A stretch of 64,000 nt of DNA from an uncultured Chitinophagaceae bacterium (GTDB lineage: Bacteria; Bacteroidota; Bacteroidia; NS11-12g; UBA9320): contig CAZTGZ010000007.1 of NCBI GenBank assembly GCA_964613385.1, forward strand, positions 30,941 through 94,940. Reading direction: 5' to 3'. The notes beneath the pieces were generated by a model. That model was not told where the DNA came from and ran no database searches. It was given only the letters and a program-made list of their open reading frames with translations. This document shows, piece after piece, positions 50,638 to 61,434 of this stretch. The position numbers were made by a program, and so were the translations under genes. Position 1 is the first letter of the stretch. The number at the start of each line of letters is the position of its first letter.

Positions 50638-51956
50638 TTGAAAAGTTCAATTATTTCACCTTCGGATAACTTTTGGCCGGACTGTTTCCAACTTCTGTAT
50701 ACTGAAATAGAAATAAGGGGCAAGAACAAAATTCCGGGAATAAAGCTCAGAAACAATAATACCGGATATCTTTTAAATTTATATGGTATAATGGAAGGAA
50801 TGACCGAGTTCAATATGAGAAGTCGCGCGGCTCTTGACCCAAAATACTTTCTGACCAGATACAATACACTTGGCACCGGTCTTGGTGCTAAAATAGAAGA
50901 AGGTCTGAATGCATCCCAACTTCCCATTTGACGCAAACCACCTTCCGGAACTTTTAAATGGATACGCTTGGCCTTTGGATTACTCACATTTTTAAACCCG
51001 GACAAATACGCCCTCAAACCAAATTCGGCATCACCCATTCTCTGTTTTTCAAACTGCCGATCAAATAGTCCCGTGGTTTGAAAAACTTTTTTATCAATCA
51101 TCACATTGCCCGTATCAATCTGATCAGACCATCGATAGTGATTATAGTGAGGTGGAATTTTTGCACCTACCGCAGACAAAGAAACACCCGAAGAAATATC
51201 TGCATTAAAATGTCGAATGCACGCTAAATGGGCGCTAATCCAATTTGGATCTACTCTGGAGTCATCATCAAACAACAAAACATAGTCGGCATCGCTCCAT
51301 TTTACAGCTGTATTTCTGGCATTCCATAAGGCCTTTTCTTCCTGATATTTCAATTTTATATCCAATTTAAAGTTGGTGTAAAATTCTTTCTGAAAAGGCT
51401 CACTCTGGTCGATGATGATGACATCAAAGTTGGAATATTCCTGTTTCTCCAGATCGTGAAGAACATCTTTTAAATAGATGTATCGATTGAGTGTAGGAAT
51501 GATGACGCTGACCTTTGGTTGGTCAGAATCCGATGAAGAGGTATTATGCTGAATAACCTCTGAAAATAAGGATATGCGTTTTACCGATAAACTTTTTAAT
51601 AGTCCATAAATTTCTTTAATGGGATTACAAAGGGAGAAAATCCGGATGAAGAAAATATAAAAACGCCAGACAGGATTGTAATACTTTGCTACAAATCGAT
51701 ATTCATCCTGTATGGGGATTTCAACATTTAGGTTTAAAGAAGATTTCGTGTCAGAGATATATCCTTTCTGCATTGCCTGCCATGAAAGGTCTACCAAATT
51801 GGCGTTATTATCTGAGTAACCGTCATCAGATTTGAGCAAACTTCGAATTTCTTGCGGAATAGATTCCGGATTTTGAAAAATACCTAAATCTTTCCCAGGT
51901 TTCAACAAGAAATACCAATGAGGCTGAATATATTTTACAAATCTAAAAGGGAACAT
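50634..51956 (-). CDS. Glycosyltransferase family 2
   Basis: VSVIIPTLNR, IIDQS, LFDDDS, FEKQRMGDAEFGLR. Confidence 0.88.
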   Translation of the reverse strand: MFPFRFVKYIQPHWYFLLKPGKDLGIFQNPESIPQEIRSLLKSDDGYSDNNANLVDLSWQAMQKGYISDTKSSLNLNVEIPIQDEYRFVAKYYNPVWRFYIFFIRIFSLCNPIKEIYGLLKSLSVKRISLFSEVIQHNTSSSDSDQPKVSVIIPTLNRYIYLKDVLHDLEKQEYSNFDVIIIDQSEPFQKEFYTNFKLDIKLKYQEEKALWNARNTAVKWSDADYVLLFDDDSRVDPNWISAHLACIRHFNADISSGVSLSAVGAKIPPHYNHYRWSDQIDTGNVMIDKKVFQTTGLFDRQFEKQRMGDAEFGLRAYLSGFKNVSNPKAKRIHLKVPEGGLRQMGSWDAFRPSSILAPRPVPSVLYLVRKYFGSRAARLLILNSVIPSIIPYKFKRYPVLLFLSFIPGILFLPLISISVYRSWKQSGQKLSEGEIIELFK

Positions 51957-52998
51957 TGGGCAACATGTTAATCATCCCCTTCAAACTCAGATTTTGTTTC
52001 CAAAGCGCACGGTTGTTTTCCTGAAATCTGATAAATTCTTCGGCACTGATTTTTTCATGAAAGTTGCGGATCATTTCGGGCATTTTGGCTCGTTGTTTCC
52101 ACGGAATTATGATGCAGTGCCGGGTCCAGTCAATACTGTTTTCAAAAGGCCACAGCACATCGGTGTCTAAAATCACCGGTATGCGTCCCATCATAAGGGT
52201 TTCTGTGAACCGCACCGAAAAATTCCCTCCACCTCTAACACAAAAAACATAAGGAGAGTTATATAAGTTGTCATAGTACTCCTTGGTTGTTTGCTCTCTC
52301 TCCTCCTCTGAAATTGCGCCGGCTCTATATTTGTCTCTGCGTATGATGTTGGTACTGAGATTTGGGCTCTTTTCCAATAATTTCAGACATTTATTTCGTT
52401 GGAATGCGGATGGAAATAAAGGCTCATAATCCATTCGCAAGGGATTTGAAATAAGTCTTTTCAGGTTGATCCAAAGCAGTTTGGCAATTTCTTTTCCGGC
52501 CTTACTTAATTTATCGCTTGCATGACCGCAAAAACCGACCATCGGTAAAGCAGATTTAGGCAAAGGCTTAAATCCATCGGGGCCATAAAATCGTATCAAT
52601 TGATCTGAAAGCGCGAATGGAAACCCTGAATTATTGTTACCCAATTGACGTCTGAATCCACCCATTCTGAAAAAATGAATGTGAGAATATGCCTCGAACT
52701 TTTCGCCGTAATCCCCTTCAATCATAGCAAAACCTTTGATATTCAAAGATTTAAGTTGATCGTTTATTTCACCTAAGCGATGTTTCCCAATTTGATTTAT
52801 GTAGAATTGAATGGAATAGGGAAGTAGGGCTAAATCTGCGCTTTCCGGTTCAGACAATTCTATTTCGGTATCATTGAGACCCCAATCAAGGATGTGGTTA
52901 TTCGACCAATGATCCCCATCTAAAAAGGGCCTTACCAACAAGAAATACTGTTTGGCCGCTAATTGACCATGTGGAGCATCTGTGATGTAGATTTTCAA
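51943..52998 (-). CDS. Exostosin (GT47)-like glycosyltransferase
   Basis: FCVRGGGNFSVRFTETLMMGRIPV and WPFENSIDW match the exostosin domain core. Confidence 0.78.
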   Translation of the reverse strand: MKIYITDAPHGQLAAKQYFLLVRPFLDGDHWSNNHILDWGLNDTEIELSEPESADLALLPYSIQFYINQIGKHRLGEINDQLKSLNIKGFAMIEGDYGEKFEAYSHIHFFRMGGFRRQLGNNNSGFPFALSDQLIRFYGPDGFKPLPKSALPMVGFCGHASDKLSKAGKEIAKLLWINLKRLISNPLRMDYEPLFPSAFQRNKCLKLLEKSPNLSTNIIRRDKYRAGAISEEEREQTTKEYYDNLYNSPYVFCVRGGGNFSVRFTETLMMGRIPVILDTDVLWPFENSIDWTRHCIIIPWKQRAKMPEMIRNFHEKISAEEFIRFQENNRALWKQNLSLKGMINMLPNVPF

Positions 52999-54101
52999 TC
53001 TGTCAGAATTTCAAAGGCCTGGTTCACGGCATTCAAAACCGCTACTTTTGATTGCAGTCTCTCTTCATAAAAAGCGGAGGCATTCTGTTTCATGGCACTC
53101 CTTCTTTCGGGGTTGGCCATTAATTCTTTGCATTGTTGAATTGCCTCTTCTACCTGAACAAAAGTTATAAAAGCTTCATTGTCGGAAGAATAAGGCAAAT
53201 AATGGACGCTTTTTTCACTGACGGTGCAGCATCCCCATTGCAAGTATTCCATGAATTTCCATGGAACGGATTGACCAAAACCATTGGTACTGATGACGAT
53301 GTCGGCAGATTTTACGAATTTTTTGTAATTCTCCGGGTTGGGGTCAACATTGGTCAGGCAATCACGGTAGCGTTCGTCTATGGAACCACTAAAAAACATA
53401 CCACCTACAAATGACGCTCCAAACTCACCTCTCATTTTTCGGATAAGATTGGCCCGCATCTCATTCAATCCGGCAGAGAGTCTGTTGTTTTCCCAGGTAT
53501 GACACTGAACCTGGAAGAAAATGAATGGATGTGTCGGAATTTCCGTTGTAAATAGCGGTTGAGCAGAGGAGCCTGATGATTTTTTAGGAGATGTTTTTGT
53601 AAGTTTCTGCATTGAAGTCAAGGGTTCCGAAATTACCCTGCTCAGGTATTTCAAATACTCCGCCTTTTTCCAGGTACTCATCACCCGATTATCAGAAATG
53701 CGGGCAGATTGGTTGGGTCCAAAAGGCAAGATAATTTTGTCAAGAACCTTCAATTCAGACTGATTTGCAGGGAAGGCACGTTTGAAAATGATATCACATT
53801 TTTTTAATGAATGGACAGCGTACATTTCTTCCCAATCCTGTAAATCTATACCGATACGCAGATTTTTCCGGTCTTTCAGTCGGGTAACCTCCAATTCAAT
53901 GCACCAGGGATATCCCTTTGAGCTTCGATGAGGTTTATCCGGATGTTGAATCCAGCGGTTTTTTAACAATAAACCCTGTGTGCTGAAGTCTATTTCAATC
54001 AGCGATTCCTTTTCGAGTTCAAGAAGTCCTGAAATTACAAAAGGACTATGTCTTTGATCCTCGGAGAGATGCGCTGTGATGCGGTATAAACCTTGATTCA
54101 C
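52995..54101 (-). CDS. Putative GT-B fold glycosyltransferase
   Basis: C-terminal [27 protein letters not shown] and growing-chain GT-B-like tail; context within the glycan locus. Confidence 0.55.
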   Translation of the reverse strand: MNQGLYRITAHLSEDQRHSPFVISGLLELEKESLIEIDFSTQGLLLKNRWIQHPDKPHRSSKGYPWCIELEVTRLKDRKNLRIGIDLQDWEEMYAVHSLKKCDIIFKRAFPANQSELKVLDKIILPFGPNQSARISDNRVMSTWKKAEYLKYLSRVISEPLTSMQKLTKTSPKKSSGSSAQPLFTTEIPTHPFIFFQVQCHTWENNRLSAGLNEMRANLIRKMRGEFGASFVGGMFFSGSIDERYRDCLTNVDPNPENYKKFVKSADIVISTNGFGQSVPWKFMEYLQWGCCTVSEKSVHYLPYSSDNEAFITFVQVEEAIQQCKELMANPERRSAMKQNASAFYEERLQSKVAVLNAVNQAFEILTD

Positions 54102-55171
54102 GACTGTGCAAAGCTTCTACCGGCCATATGGTCATGCATTTCAACAAGCGTTTGCTCGAGATCATATTTCCAAGTCCACGTTGGGTAGTGAAGTTTGAAT
54201 TTACTGAGATCTGAAATCCACCAGATATGGTCACCGATGCGGTTATTTTCGGCATAACTGTAGTTCATTTTGCGACCTGTGATGGATTCAATAATTTGAA
54301 TGGCCTCCTGCATTGAACAGTTAGCATGTGTGCCACCTCCGGCATTATAAACCTCACCGGGTTTTGGATTTTGATAGAAATGCCAGAACATGTTTACGAG
54401 GTCGTAGCTGTGAATATTATCCCTGACCTGCTTCCCTTTATACCCGAAAATCGTGTAGTGATTTCCGGTGATTCCGCATTTCATCAGATAAGACAAAAAT
54501 CCATGTAACTGAGCTCCGCTGTGATTTGGACCGGTTAAGCAGCCTCCTCTGAAAGTACCTGTTTTTAATCCAAAGTATTTACCATATTCCTGAACCATGA
54601 TATCCGCTGCCACTTTACTGGCGCCAAATACGCTGTGTTTGCTTTGATCTATGGTCATATTTTCATCGATTCCTTTTCCAAAATACGGGTGATCCTGGCT
54701 AATCTCCCATCTGTGCTCCAATTCCACCAAGGGGAGATAATTGGGTGTATCTCCATAAACTTTATTGGTTGAAGTGAAAATGAAAACTGCTTCTGGACAA
54801 TACTTTCGGGTTAGTTCCAACATATTCAGGGTTCCATTGGCATTTACGGTAAAATCTGTTATTGGCTCGTTCGCGGCCCAATCATGGCTGGGTTGCGCTG
54901 CGGTATGAATAACCATATCAATATCGCTGTTGTGTTCAGCAAAGACTTTTTCAAGGGTCGAATAATCTCTGATGTCAATGTCCAGAGATTGGAAATTCTC
55001 AAATTGAGCATCCAATCTGTTTTTATTCCAGGATGTGTCTCCATTCTCTCCAAAAAAATACTTTCTTAAATTGTTGTCGATTCCGATTACTTTCTCGGCT
55101 TTCGATGCAAAAAAGCTGACGGATTCACCTCCGATAAGACCACTGGATCCGGTAATAATAACGGTTTTCAT
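54098..55171 (-). CDS. NAD-dependent epimerase/dehydratase (CDP-paratose 2-epimerase-like)
   Basis: [44 protein letters not shown]. Confidence 0.88.
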   Translation of the reverse strand: MKTVIITGSSGLIGGESVSFFASKAEKVIGIDNNLRKYFFGENGDTSWNKNRLDAQFENFQSLDIDIRDYSTLEKVFAEHNSDIDMVIHTAAQPSHDWAANEPITDFTVNANGTLNMLELTRKYCPEAVFIFTSTNKVYGDTPNYLPLVELEHRWEISQDHPYFGKGIDENMTIDQSKHSVFGASKVAADIMVQEYGKYFGLKTGTFRGGCLTGPNHSGAQLHGFLSYLMKCGITGNHYTIFGYKGKQVRDNIHSYDLVNMFWHFYQNPKPGEVYNAGGGTHANCSMQEAIQIIESITGRKMNYSYAENNRIGDHIWWISDLSKFKLHYPTWTWKYDLEQTLVEMHDHMAGRSFAQS

Positions 55172-55947
55172 GTTTTTGGCAAGTTGTGTAATTTGTTATA
55201 TAATTGGTTGTTTAAAAAGAGTATGTCGAATTTAAGTGCCTGTAGTTTTGAGTTTTCGTAGACTCCGTAAATATTGTATGGGGTGAAGCCCAGGTTCTGA
55301 AGATAAGAAATGATATCACCAACCAGGGGTTGATGTTCATATCCCGCCACAAAATTGACTTCCGTTAAAATGGCATTGACCTTTTGATTCCTGAGGTAAT
55401 CTTCAAGTCCACTCAGCGCCTTCAGTTCAAAACCTTCCACATCTAATTTGAGGATGTCAATACAGTCGATGTCTGATTGCTTGCAGAATTCACCTAAAGA
55501 TACAATCGGCACATCTATGCGTTTGTAATTGGATGCACCGGAATTCTTTCCTAAATCATTGGGTTCTAAAAAGGATGAATTTCCGGTATTGGCGTTCTGG
55601 AAAAATGGAATTGTTCCTTCAATTTCTCCTACTCCAACATTGTGGCAGCTCACGTTGCGATCAGAAAGATAAGATGCGGAAAGTTTGCTGAATACGGCAG
55701 GATTGGGTTCAAAAGCGTGGATAGTTGCATCCGGAAAATTCTTCCTGAATTGAAAAGTCATAAAGCCGACGTTGGCGCCGGCGTCGAAGATGTTTTTCAC
55801 AGGATAATTCAGAAAATTAAAAATGGACTTCAAATCCACAATGGGGTCTTTGTTGATTTTGCGCAGCTCGCGTTTCAGAACCATTCGAGCCCTGCTAACC
55901 AGCCGTTTACGGAAAACAAATCGGGTGAGGAAATTTTTATAGTACAT
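55168..55947 (-). CDS. FkbM-family SAM methyltransferase
   Basis: [25 protein letters not shown]. Confidence 0.9.
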   Translation of the reverse strand: MYYKNFLTRFVFRKRLVSRARMVLKRELRKINKDPIVDLKSIFNFLNYPVKNIFDAGANVGFMTFQFRKNFPDATIHAFEPNPAVFSKLSASYLSDRNVSCHNVGVGEIEGTIPFFQNANTGNSSFLEPNDLGKNSGASNYKRIDVPIVSLGEFCKQSDIDCIDILKLDVEGFELKALSGLEDYLRNQKVNAILTEVNFVAGYEHQPLVGDIISYLQNLGFTPYNIYGVYENSKLQALKFDILFLNNQLYNKLHNLPKT

Positions 55948-55952
55948 GTTAG

Positions 55953-57014
55953 TTATTCGAAAATATGGCGCAATTCATTCTTATGCTCCTGCATCCATTG
56001 GTAAGTGGATTCCATGAGGTTGTGGTTATTTTTTACCGGTTTCCAACCGAATTGCCGGCTTACTTTGGTATTGTCTGTGATATAAATTCTAAGGTCTGCA
56101 GGACGGTTTTCCTTAATACTGTTGATTTGTATGGTATTTCCGGAAATCTGATTTGCCATCTCTGTCATTTCCAGGAGTGAGAGGCTATTGCTCAAGCCTC
56201 CTCCAACATTGAATATTTGTCCATCGCCAACCTCCCAATTATTGAGTTGAAGTTCTATCAGTGCACATAAATCTTCAATATGTAAAATATCGCGCACTTG
56301 TTTTCCCAAACCACCATATCCAATATACGAGAGATTTTTATGGAGCATGTGGGCTGATAACCACAGTGCCACCACACCCTGATCGATCTTACCCATTTGC
56401 CAGGGGCCGCTAATTACTCCACATCGATTGATGATTGCCGGGAGTTTGTTGAATTCGACATATTCACGTATGAATAGTTCGGAGGCCAATTTGGTGGCTC
56501 CATACAGCGACCGACTGCCTTCCAATGGAAATTCTTCCGTAATTCCTTGACTGCTTATTCCCTTTATCGGCTGATTATCAGACCAATTGAATCGTGTTGG
56601 AGTTTCTTCAAACAGGGCGGCTTCCAGGGTTGCAATCGGATAAACTCTTGATGTTGACAGGAAAAGAAACTTACTTCCTCTTTCAATACAAAAATCGATC
56701 GCGTTGAGCGTTGAAGTAAGATTGTGTTCAATAACCGGACGGGATGCTGAATTTATTCCTGCCAGAACCGAGGGTTCAGCAGAAGCATCAACCAGCAAAT
56801 CACATTCGGCCATGGCATTCAAGTCATCTTTGATGCGCATATCACCATGGACATAGGTGATACCCAGTTTTTTCAGACGGTTGATATTGAGCTCTGAGCC
56901 TCTTCTTTTCAAATTGTCCAGGGCTGTAATTTGGTAATCCGGGTGATTTTTTTTGAGGAAAAATGCCAGATTAGAACCCACAAAACCACATCCACCGGTA
57001 ATTAAGATTTTCAT
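55953..57014 (-). CDS. NAD-dependent epimerase/dehydratase (CDP-paratose 2-epimerase-like), second copy
   Basis: TGGCGFVGS, ASAEPSV, STSRVY, YGATK, NRCGVISGPWQMG, QVRDILH. Confidence 0.88.
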   Translation of the reverse strand: MKILITGGCGFVGSNLAFFLKKNHPDYQITALDNLKRRGSELNINRLKKLGITYVHGDMRIKDDLNAMAECDLLVDASAEPSVLAGINSASRPVIEHNLTSTLNAIDFCIERGSKFLFLSTSRVYPIATLEAALFEETPTRFNWSDNQPIKGISSQGITEEFPLEGSRSLYGATKLASELFIREYVEFNKLPAIINRCGVISGPWQMGKIDQGVVALWLSAHMLHKNLSYIGYGGLGKQVRDILHIEDLCALIELQLNNWEVGDGQIFNVGGGLSNSLSLLEMTEMANQISGNTIQINSIKENRPADLRIYITDNTKVSRQFGWKPVKNNHNLMESTYQWMQEHKNELRHIFE

Positions 57015-58180
57015 ATTGACTCAGTATAAAATTTATGAAACAAGACGCGTTGTTGTTCCAGGTTAAATTTTTCTTTCACCCGACGTTTAGCTTGTTCTGA
57101 AATGTGCGAAAGCTCCTTCGGAGATTTTTCCATTACAAATTTAATGGCAGCACAAAGGCCCAATGGATCTCTTTTGGGAATGACAAAACCCGTTTTTTGG
57201 TCTTCAATATTTTCCGATAGTCCTTCGGCATTACTTACAAGGCTTACCAGACCCATAGCCTGAGCTTCAAGAACTGCATTGCAAAAGCCTTCCTGAACAC
57301 TGTATTGCAGATAAATATGTGCATCTGCCAATTTCTTTCGCACCTGCTCAGGAGATAACTTGCCATGCAGAATTACATGGCCATGAAGTCCTAGATCATG
57401 AATGGTAAAAAGTATTTGTTCCAATTCAGGACCGTCTCCAATCACATGCCATACAAAATTTGGAACACTGTGTTTTAAAATCTGCAAAGCCTCCAGGGTG
57501 TGAATCAGCCCTTTTTTCCAGTGCAATCTTGCCACAGTAATCAGTTGCCATGACTGTATGTTTTCAAAGGTTTTAACCGGTGAATCGAATAGAGCGGTAT
57601 CAATGGCAGGTGTAATTTTTATGGTGGGAATATTGTTCGGCAGACCGGCTTCTTTAGCTTTTTGGGTGAGGTCGTCTGAGATAGTATGTAATTTGCTCAA
57701 ATGAGTCCAGATGAGGTCGTAGCAACCCGGATTTTTGAGTGGATAAATCGAGATGTCAAATCCTCTGATACTTGCCGAAAGCTTTGTAGTCATGACTTTC
57801 CCGAGTAATTCGCGACCCAAAGAGCTCGTGAGAAATCCAAAGTGCAGCCAATCTAATTTCTGATGTAAAATGTGAGCTGAAAGTAGAAGATTCCTGAACT
57901 TTTGAGAAGTGGATAAATCCGACTGAAGTTTCCAGAAACGAGTAACCCGCCGGGGAACCAACGTCAAACGCAGCATAAGAAACAAGGCATTGAAAACTCG
58001 AAGCTGACCCTTCAGATTCAGCGCATAAACCTTGCAAATGGCTGTAGATCTTTGAGCTTTGGAAAACTCATCCAAAAAAAGGATTACTTCATGTCCATCC
58101 GCTTGTAGCCCGATGATTTTATTCCTGAAAAAAGTTTCAGAATAACCCGGATACGAAGACAAGACCAAACCGATTCTCAT
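57011..58180 (-). CDS. Glycosyltransferase family 4 (WcaL-like)
   Basis: HFGF, VARLHWKKG, QEGFCNAVLEAQAMG. Start set at ATG 58180 (ATGA overlap). Confidence 0.88.
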   Translation of the reverse strand: MRIGLVLSSYPGYSETFFRNKIIGLQADGHEVILFLDEFSKAQRSTAICKVYALNLKGQLRVFNALFLMLRLTLVPRRVTRFWKLQSDLSTSQKFRNLLLSAHILHQKLDWLHFGFLTSSLGRELLGKVMTTKLSASIRGFDISIYPLKNPGCYDLIWTHLSKLHTISDDLTQKAKEAGLPNNIPTIKITPAIDTALFDSPVKTFENIQSWQLITVARLHWKKGLIHTLEALQILKHSVPNFVWHVIGDGPELEQILFTIHDLGLHGHVILHGKLSPEQVRKKLADAHIYLQYSVQEGFCNAVLEAQAMGLVSLVSNAEGLSENIEDQKTGFVIPKRDPLGLCAAIKFVMEKSPKELSHISEQAKRRVKEKFNLEQQRVLFHKFYTESI

Positions 58181-58986
58181 GCTTTTTGGCCGATGAAGAG
58201 CCATTCATAATCCGGAATACCCAAGGTCTTTTCCGAATCGTATTTTTTTAAGTCAACAACTTGAGTTTGAGCGAAAACTTTCTTCATACTTGATTCGAAA
58301 TCACTCCCATAGTCCCGGTAGTGGCCATTGTAATTTAAATTGTTGAAAAAAATGGTTTTCTTTCGCTTGAAATCTCCGGGGATGGTAATGAGAACCTGAC
58401 CTCCGGGTTTTAGGACCTTCTGCATTTCTTGCAAAGCTTTCAAATCATCCGGCACATGTTCTAAAACATGGTTGCACAATATGAGGTCAAAAGAGTTTTC
58501 AGGTAAAGTCAGGTTTTGTATATCCTGATTGGGGAAATCTACATCTTCAAGAAAGAAATCTGTGGTTTTATAGGTCAGATTGTTTTGACGGAACAAATCG
58601 TAGAAAACAGGTTCAGGGGCGAAATGAAGAACTGAAAAACCGGGTTTTACATGGGCAATGGCTTCTTTATAATAATAATACAAAGCGCGATGTCTGGGCC
58701 GGGAGGAACAATGCGGACAAGCATAGTTCAAATTAAAACGCATTCGATTTGATAAATGAACAAATCTACTGTTGTGTTGACCACACAAAGGACAATAGTT
58801 TTTACCTGCCTTGTTTAAAATGGCACTTGCCTGAATCCGATTCATCAATTCGGTCATCAAAAATCTGATCGCCATTTTTAATTCTCCCTGCTTTATTTTA
58901 CCAAATGCCGAGGAGAAAATTGCTTTTACGGATCTGAATTTATAAGGTTGGAAAGCGGCAGGATTACTAAACGTTGTATTTGCCAT
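58177..58986 (-). CDS. Class I SAM-dependent methyltransferase with N-terminal CxxC...CxxC
   Basis: CPLCG...CPHCSSRPRHR, VLHFAPE, NHVLEHV, LKPGG, HYRDYG. Confidence 0.85.
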   Translation of the reverse strand: MANTTFSNPAAFQPYKFRSVKAIFSSAFGKIKQGELKMAIRFLMTELMNRIQASAILNKAGKNYCPLCGQHNSRFVHLSNRMRFNLNYACPHCSSRPRHRALYYYYKEAIAHVKPGFSVLHFAPEPVFYDLFRQNNLTYKTTDFFLEDVDFPNQDIQNLTLPENSFDLILCNHVLEHVPDDLKALQEMQKVLKPGGQVLITIPGDFKRKKTIFFNNLNYNGHYRDYGSDFESSMKKVFAQTQVVDLKKYDSEKTLGIPDYEWLFIGQKA

Positions 58987-60322
58987 CGGCGCGATATAAA
59001 TTTAAGGTTAGCAGCATAGACACTGAATGTGAAAAGAAAACAGGGTCAGATTCTCTAAATTTTTGATAAAATTTCATGTTGATCTCTTTTGGTATTTTAA
59101 GGTCACCAATAGGATTGAACAAATGCTCTTTTAGAAGCATATCATTATCGTCTCCATTAAACTGGAGCTCCCAATTCCGTTGAGTGGGTGTTTTTTTTAA
59201 CTTACTCCATAATCGGTACGGAAGATTGTATGGAAAGCGGTTTAAATGGTAGTTGTTTACATTGAATGGCCGTTGGCTTTGCCAGGTAATGGAGGCCAGA
59301 TCGGGCGCATATTTTTTAAGGTATTCGATTTGAATCTGACGTGCGCTTAACCATTTTTCAGGAATCCGGCATATCAAATTACATAGTTGATTGTGATAAT
59401 ATGGCACGCTTATTGGCAAGGCGGCTGCATAAAACCTCAGGTTGGTACTGGTCCAACGTGGGGCCCAATGTGTACTTTTAAATGCTCTTATGCGGGCATT
59501 GGCAGAATTCTCTATGGGAATTTCCGCCAATAAATCGCGCAATCTTTCCTCGAGATAATCACAGAATTCTCCCGGTAATTCCCAGAATTTCCATAAGGAA
59601 TCAGCGATCTCTAAACCACCTTTTTTTACTACTTTTTTCATCAGCACCTTAACCTGGTCTTCAAAACCAAGACTATCCGGTACACCCATATCATCGAATA
59701 AAACATCGCCCCAGTGCCCAAGTAGAAACCGATTCCCAAAGTTCTGGTATTGCGTTAAAAAAGCGGCTTGCCTGGGATGGGTAAATTCAGAATAGCAATC
59801 ATTGATTTCTGCGAATTTGTTCAGCGACTTCCATAGATACCCGGATGGCACTTCCAGAGACTGGTACTTAAATCCACAATATTTTGCAATTTTTTCACCG
59901 TAATGGGTTTCATCATGTCCCAGGTAAAATTTATAGCTGAAAGTAAAAGGTTTTTTTCCTGTGTGTCGGGCAGCTGCGGCTAAAGTTCTGCTGTCTAAAC
60001 CACCTGAAAGTGGCAGTATCATTCCATGTTCAGGTTCTGCTGAAATTATTTCATGAAATTGTTCAGCGAACAATTCAATGGATTGGGAAAGGCTGATGTC
60101 TTCAGGTTGATATCGCCACGGATTGTCCGTTGATTGAACGGTTGATACCGAGCCGTTTTCAATATTAAATTCGGCATTCGGTTTAACTACTTTAAGACCT
60201 TGATGGTAAGTCTCATCATCCAAAAAAAAGCCCAAAGCAGCATAAACACAAATCGCTTTGTAGTCAAACCCATCTTTTCGACCATAGAATAGCGGATTTG
60301 AAGGAATAATGGGGTTTTTCAT
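58967..60322 (-). CDS. Asparagine-synthase-like protein (adenylation domain, no Ntn Cys1)
   Basis: LPLSGGLDSR PP-loop and GHWGDVL; the N-terminus lacks the MCG glutaminase start. Confidence 0.8.
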   Translation of the reverse strand: MKNPIIPSNPLFYGRKDGFDYKAICVYAALGFFLDDETYHQGLKVVKPNAEFNIENGSVSTVQSTDNPWRYQPEDISLSQSIELFAEQFHEIISAEPEHGMILPLSGGLDSRTLAAAARHTGKKPFTFSYKFYLGHDETHYGEKIAKYCGFKYQSLEVPSGYLWKSLNKFAEINDCYSEFTHPRQAAFLTQYQNFGNRFLLGHWGDVLFDDMGVPDSLGFEDQVKVLMKKVVKKGGLEIADSLWKFWELPGEFCDYLEERLRDLLAEIPIENSANARIRAFKSTHWAPRWTSTNLRFYAAALPISVPYYHNQLCNLICRIPEKWLSARQIQIEYLKKYAPDLASITWQSQRPFNVNNYHLNRFPYNLPYRLWSKLKKTPTQRNWELQFNGDDNDMLLKEHLFNPIGDLKIPKEINMKFYQKFRESDPVFFSHSVSMLLTLNLYRADGKYNV

Positions 60323-61434
60323 CCTTTTAACGTGCGGATATAAAATTGCTCGTGTTTTTCAACCTCTTTTTCTATTGAAAAATGTGTTTTGGCAAATTCG
60401 CTCAATGCATTCCCCAGTTGTTCATTTTCAAGAATGGGCCGATTCATATAAAAATTCAGTTTTTCGGCCAATTGATCGGCATTTCCTGCTTCAAAAAGCA
60501 GTTCAGGATAATTGTTTAATTGGTCGGTAATTCCGCTAATGGCACTTCCAATCGTAACTTTCCCTGAAGCCATGGCTTCCAATAGAGCCACCGGTGATCC
60601 TTCTCCTCTGTATTTGTTACCTTCCAATGAAGGAAGAACAAATATTTCAGCTTGCTTCAGATAATCCTGCACATTAAGTTGTTTGCCCAAAAAACGAATT
60701 TTGGTGCTTAAATGATTCGACTCAGTCCATTGAATCAACTGCTTTCCGTAATCATTGTCGCAATCTCCCAAAATCCATAATTTCCAGGAAGGGTTGGAGG
60801 CTTCGTATTTTTTAAACGCATGTAAGAGTATTTCTACACCTTTAACCGGCACCAGATTGGCAACACAAATAATGATGCGTTCTTCTTTATGCTCGAACGG
60901 CCAATTTTTAAATTGTTCAATCACCACCCCTCTTCCAATGCATTCAACATTGGGGTGATTTTTGTAAAAAGTTTCCAGCATTTTGGAATTTTGGACGATG
61001 ATTCCTTTCGCCAGCCGTCCTCTGAGTTTCCATCCATTTTTAGAACTACCGCCCCAGTTCATATTTTTCTTGGTAAAGATCCAGGGTATTCCTGCCAATT
61101 TCGCTGCAAGTGGTTCAGAGTAATCGGCACCATAGTGAAAGGAGTGAATAATATCGGGAGAAATTTTTTTTAAAAACCTCGCACATTTCAAGCTTTTAAT
61201 AATTCCTGAAACATAGGGTTTCATGGGATGAAAATAAGGATAGAGATGCACGGGAATTCCGCTGTTCACAACTGTTTTAAAGAATTCTCCCTTATTGTGA
61301 ACGCAGAGAATTTCGGCTTCAAACTTTTGAGGATCCAATCTTTGAGCTAAGTTGAGTAATGCTTTACCCGACCCGGCTGTGTCGAAGTTGGGAATGGTAT
61401 AAAGTACCTTTATCTTTTGGTGTTTTCCAGCCAT
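60319..61434 (-). CDS. Glycosyltransferase family 4
   Basis: TIPNFDTAGSG, DIIHSF, VANLVPVKG, EGSPVALLEAMASG. Start set at ATG 61434. Confidence 0.88.
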   Translation of the reverse strand: MAGKHQKIKVLYTIPNFDTAGSGKALLNLAQRLDPQKFEAEILCVHNKGEFFKTVVNSGIPVHLYPYFHPMKPYVSGIIKSLKCARFLKKISPDIIHSFHYGADYSEPLAAKLAGIPWIFTKKNMNWGGSSKNGWKLRGRLAKGIIVQNSKMLETFYKNHPNVECIGRGVVIEQFKNWPFEHKEERIIICVANLVPVKGVEILLHAFKKYEASNPSWKLWILGDCDNDYGKQLIQWTESNHLSTKIRFLGKQLNVQDYLKQAEIFVLPSLEGNKYRGEGSPVALLEAMASGKVTIGSAISGITDQLNNYPELLFEAGNADQLAEKLNFYMNRPILENEQLGNALSEFAKTHFSIEKEVEKHEQFYIRTLKG

